Shown here: in pieces, positions 58,706 through 64,000 of the stretch
Position numbering within the stretch: position 1 is the stretch's first letter
Layout: the number at the start of each line of letters is the position of its first letter
Origin: the human T2T-CHM13v2.0 reference genome, Homo sapiens
NCBI RefSeq assembly: GCF_009914755.1
Contig: NC_060925.1
Strand: one strand, 5' to 3'
Length of the DNA: 64,000 bases
Position numbers and translations under genes: made by a program
The notes under the pieces: model-generated
Told to the model about the DNA's origin: nothing
Database searches by the model: none
What the model saw: the letters and a program-made list of their open reading frames with translations, nothing else

Positions 58706-60916
58706 CATAGACATGCACATACACATATACAGATCCTCACTGTATTTTATCTCTAAATATTTCAGTTGTCTTGGCAAAGCCTAGAGGGAGAGGAGAGCTA
58801 GGAGTATGAATTTAGGCATACATTTTTCCTGTCTTCCATTTCTCCTTTTATTTTTATTATAGATTATTCTTATCATGTTCCATGTATCATATTATCACAA
58901 ACCAGATGAAATTCACTTTGGAGGCAAGATTTGGAGGTACTCAAAAAGTTGTTCTTCATTTTCCAGCCTTCCATTTAGCCCTTTGACGTTGAGACAGAAA
59001 ATACACGGGGAAGTTTCATTTCTATGAATATATCAAAAGGTTCCTAATCCATGGAATTGGCTGGTGAGATTCTGTTTTTATCTCAGTGATGCTGTAACAG
59101 CCAGACACAATTTAGTTTTACTTTACACCCTGTGGCAGGAGATCCACTGACAAATTGGTGACAAATTTTTGTGCTTGATTTTTAAAAATGGTTGAGAGTT
59201 ATTTACAGATAATTGTGATAGCTGAGTTGGGCTATCAGATGCCTTAAGGATCAAAGAAGGATCATATAATAACTGAACAGCCTTTTCTGTACCAAAAGAG
59301 AAGTTTCCCAGAGCTTTTGAGGCAATTTGGCATTCCATATGCTCACCAAGGTTATCATGAAAGAAGGCAGGGCTGCGTGGTGGACAGGACGCTGACATTT
59401 CCTCTTAGCCTAGCTCTGCCACTCCAGAATTACAAGTGAGTAAACCACAGAAAGTTCCCCAAGTTCCCGGGCCTCCACTTCGTCATATGTAAAAAGGAAT
59501 ATAACCTCACCCTTTCTTTCATCCTCCAGGGCTGTAGGAATATGGAGTACCTTGTTCTTTGCAAAGCTTCTTCAAGTGTGGCTCCTAAGAGGCCTTTCTT
59601 GAAGGCTTATTCATGTGAAAACATTTTGTAAACCTCACACACACATTATCAGCTTGCTTTGAAAGGAATTATACTCATTTGTCTTTACATTCTAGTACAT
59701 TTTTTAAAACATCTTGACTCTTAGCCCATTTAAAATGGATAAGCTGAACTTTTATCAAGAAAATAATTAGAATTGTCTTCTATAAATAGTATTAAAAACA
59801 AACAATGGTGAGTATATTTTTTAAATCAAGCCAGATCATTTTTCATATTCCATTTGTTAGCATAATAGTTTTAAATGTGCTAATTCTGTTTATTCATGCA
59901 TTTTTGCTATTAATCTAGAAAGTGGAACTTTGAGCTCCTTTTTCACATGAGCAAAACTGTATAGCTTTCGAATAAATGGTTTAACTGAACTCTGCAGTTC
60001 TCCTGGAAAGTAAGGCGGCTGGGCAGATGAGTCTTGAACCATACCCAAAATGCAAATGCAAAGCAGATGAATATATTCTCATCTTCAGATGATTTCACTG
60101 GGCAAGCCAAGCCATCATATTGTATTACAAGATGGATTTCGGCAGAATATTGTTAAGGTTGGCTTCATCCCCATTGTGTGTGTTTATGTCAGCTTCTGCT
60201 TCTATTTTATTTTTAATTAGCATACACGGCTTTCTTCAATTATGGAAAAGTATCACCAGACCAAATATGATTGTTTTTATTTCCTACAGAGTCACTTAAT
60301 GTCTATGTCAGCTCATAGGCAGAGAATGTAGAAATTTTGAATTTGTCTAATAAATGTCCATTCCTTTATATTTAAATTTAAAAAATAATGAGACTGGGAA
60401 TGATAAAATCTGCTTTATTACTTAATGAACTAAGGCTAACTTGAAATTTTTCTTCAGACTTTTTTCTTCTATTTCTTTAAATTCTACAGGTAAAAACTAT
60501 ATTTTCAGGTGAAATTGACTTTTGACGTAGAAAAAGAAAAGGTTTTAGAAACACAGTTTGTTCCAGCTATCAGTTGCATTGATTTCACTAATTTAATTCT
60601 GGCATCAATAAAGCTAGTAGAAATGACTGAATGTAAAGTTTGAATTCTATTGCAACTATTCAGTTAGATAGCTTACCCTTGTTAGTCAGTTGAAGGTGAC
60701 ATTCTGGACAAAGGAAATCAGGGTGAGAAAGGTGTACACCCTCTGTGAGTAATGACAAACAAAGTAATGTGTATGAACTACTCCTATCATTTTAAAGCAA
60801 TTGTTTTCTAGGAAGTTTGTGACTTTTCCTACAGATTAAAACATTTAGTTTAAGATGTTTATATTTTTCTACAAGACATACATGCTATTGAAATTTTTAT
60901 ATAAAACTTTAAAAAT

Positions 60917-61160
60917 GCCTAGGTGCAGTGGCTCACACTTGTGATCCTAGCACTTTGGGAAGCTGAGGCAGGCAGGTCACCTGAGGTCAGGAATTCAAGA
61001 CCAGCCTGAACAACATGGCAAAACCTCATCTCTACTAAAAATACAAAAATTAGCCTGATGTGGTGACAGGCGCCTGTAATCCCAGCTACTCGAGAGGTTG
61101 AGGCAAGAGAATTGCTTGAACCCAGGGAGCAGAGGTTGCAGTAAGCCAAGATCATGCCAC
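60917..61160 (+). mobile_element. AluS, 3'-truncated (no A tail)
   Basis: Ends at gatcatgccac; the tail and right TSD are absent. Confidence 0.9.
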
Positions 61161-62888
61161 ATGTTTCAAAATAGAAGTCTTTTTTTTTCCTCCAGGAGCT
61201 AAAGATATCTAGAAAGATTATATATAACTAATCTTCTGATGAGACCGTAAGATGATAGTGAATTTGTTTAATAAGGAAGCAAATAGCACAATTAAACTTA
61301 GAGAATTAATAAGTAATGTGCTTTATTTGGACATTATTATGTGATAAAGATTGGACTGTATAGTTTAAAAATGTACTCAATGGATCTCATAGGATCTTTT
61401 AAAAAATATTCTTAAAGAGAATACACTACATTCCCTCTCCTACTTAAATAATAGCAAGGCAATTGGAAACAACCAGTAATAAAAGGCAAGAAATTGTAAT
61501 GGAAGAACGCATATTTGTAGAAGAACTTTAAATCACACATTTTAAAAAATAAATACTATTTCTGCATGTAATATTGCTTAAGTGGTATTTTAGCAAAGCC
61601 AAGATTGCATAACAAATGAGTTGAAATGGAAAATTAATCTTTCATGCAAAATAAAGACAAAAAAGGGGAAAGAAAGAAAGCGGAATGTGGGTTCCACTAG
61701 TTTCATACAGTATGTAACTATTCATTTGTCACAGGAGAGAAAATATTTAATCGGTTCTGAACTGATGCACACATACTTTATCATGTTTAGTGACTTTTAG
61801 AGTGTCAGTTTGTAAAATGTTTATCCAAGGAATGGACTTCTGGCACATGGATAAAATGAAAAGTGAAATGTTTAGTTCATAATAGGCATATTTTCCAGAA
61901 TCTTTCTGAGTAACTATCCGGAGATGAATAGAAAGACTACAGGTCTGTGTTTATCTGGCTTAGGCTGGCCGACCAGGCAGGCTCCAGCCTGGTATTAAAA
62001 CTGAAGTGACATGGAATGTCTTTGCAAAAGCCCCAAACAATGACATCATTCCCTTAATAATATTGATAATGTAGAACAAAGTTAGAGTTTGTTATTTCCC
62101 AATTTGGATTTCTTAGTTAACTACTTCTAATCCTGGCAGAAGATTTACTGTCTGGAGGCCCAGCAGAGCAAGGCTTCCCAGGTGGAAAGCTGTTGTTTCA
62201 TGCCTTTTATTTTCGGGCCATGTGGTAAGTTTTAGATACAGCAACTTTTCTTTGTACAAATGGATTTTCTTCTGTGGCTACATTATCCAACTTTTATAAA
62301 ATCCATTGACTTTCAACAGTAGGGGAGCCCATGACACCCTTTGCAGATTTTCTGGCCTTGGAAAGTTATACAAAATCTGAGGTGGAGATCGCTCCTGAAG
62401 TTTGTTTGTTAGCGTTAGCGCTTTTCAAGTAGAAGGATTTCAGGATTTTCTGATTATGAGAATTTTAATGTTTTTTTCCAGTCTTGGTTGATAATTATAA
62501 GAGAAACATCAAAGAATTCCTGCCCTTTGGAAAAGTTATGTTGTAAAAATGGAAGCTTTCCTTTGTATAAACTTGAGATCCTTCCCACCCCAATATTTAA
62601 AAATATTTGTTGGCCTAGAACAGACTAAACTGTCTCCAGAAGCTATGTTCTCCAAGTTAACAGAGGTTAGAACTCTTAAACTTTTGTGCCCTAAAACCTA
62701 AAGGAAGAGTAATGAAATCACTGTGTGTTTGCCGGGGATTCTAATCACCGTGCTCTTGAAATGCAAGTAGGGCAAGGGCTGGAGAGGGCGAAGATAATAC
62801 CAGAAAGGAAGGATATACTATTTTGTCTACAGTTTTGTTTTTTAAAAAAATAGAAAGTAGAAAGGATAAGGGCTAGCAAATGAGGTTA

Positions 62889-63234
<346 letters not shown>

Positions 63235-63525
63235 TTAGGATTGTCCATCTTGAGAAAATACGCTTCAAGCACCGCAGAGATTCCAGAACTCAATAGTTAA
63301 ATAAATTGAGTCTACAATCATTGTTCAGAGGAAGAAAAAAATTTTTTTCTAAGGAGAATGAAAGCATGAGTTAGTGATTTATATCTACGTTTTATAAGGC
63401 AAATCAGAAATCAGCTTTAGAAGATTGTCATTAGAAGGGCTCATTTGCCTACAAGTTACAAAGGATCAATTCAATTACATTACACGCCCAAAGGCATTTC
63501 TCAGAGGCCTCCAGAATCCCATGCA

Positions 63526-63956
63526 AAGGGAAGCAGCCTCAGGAGTGGGGGAAGCGAAGGGAAGCAGCCTCAGGAGTGGGGGAAGCGAAGGGAAGCAGCG
63601 TCAGGAGTCGGGGAAGCGAAGGGAATCAGCCTCAGGAGTGGGGGGAGCGAAGGGAATCAGCCTCGGGAGTGGGGGAAGCGAAGGGAATCAGCCTCGGGAG
63701 TGGGGGGAGCGAAGGGAATCAGCCTCGGGAGTGGGGGGAGCGAAGGGAAGCAGCCTCGGGAGTCGGGGGAGCGAAGGGAAGCAGCCTCGGGAGTGGGGGA
63801 AGCGAAGGGAAGCAGCCTCGGGAGTCGGGGGAGCGAAGGGAAGCAGCCTCGGGAGTGGGGGGAGCGAAGGGAAGCAGCCTCGGGAGTGGGGGGAGCGAAG
63901 GGAAGCAGCCTCGGGAGTGGGGGGAGCGAAGGGAAGCAGCCTCGGGAGTGGGGGAA
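63526..63956. repeat. 31-bp G-rich minisatellite, 13.9 copies (AAGGGAAKCAGCCTCRGGAGTSGGGGRAGCG)
   Basis: Units start every 31 nt from 63526 to 63929, with no indels. Confidence 0.97.
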
Positions 63957-64000
63957 TGGGTCAGATGCAAGCACAGAATCTCCCCCATGGCGGCGTCTAG

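Noticed and set aside
63425-64000. Longest ORF (191 aa) and two antisense ORFs
   Set aside because: They result from a stop-free 31-bp minisatellite read through rotating frames; there is no independent coding evidence.

Overview
Primate (human-like) genomic DNA, AT-rich and repeat-dense, from the 3' part of FMN2 (formin-2) on the + strand. Two short coding exons are present: 13475-13567 (93 nt, ..[31 protein letters not shown]) and 50073-50124 (52 nt, AKIDQEAEENSLTETHK[C]). They join in frame across a 36,505-nt GT-AG intron and encode the C-terminal part of the FH2 domain. The rest is intron: 22 Alus, several L1 fragments, two near-full-length Tigger1 elements in opposite orientation, MER2/MER44/MER82-type elements, THE1/MLT1/MLT2/ERV1 solo LTRs, ancient MIR/L2/L3 relics, microsatellites and a 31-bp G-rich minisatellite. 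None of the listed ORFs is a credible independent gene, and I found no new multi-gene system. The best leads are: (1) an AluY with 29 nt of foreign sequence and a second poly(A) inside its target-site duplication (candidate Alu 3' transduction); (2) a well-signalled candidate 64-nt cassette/poison exon at 42855-42918; (3) a complex templated rearrangement in an L1, including a 109-bp inverted duplication; (4) inverted Tigger1 copies bracketing the 52-nt exon, one inside a nested insertion stack. Subfamily names and the borders of old repeats were recognised by eye and are approximate.
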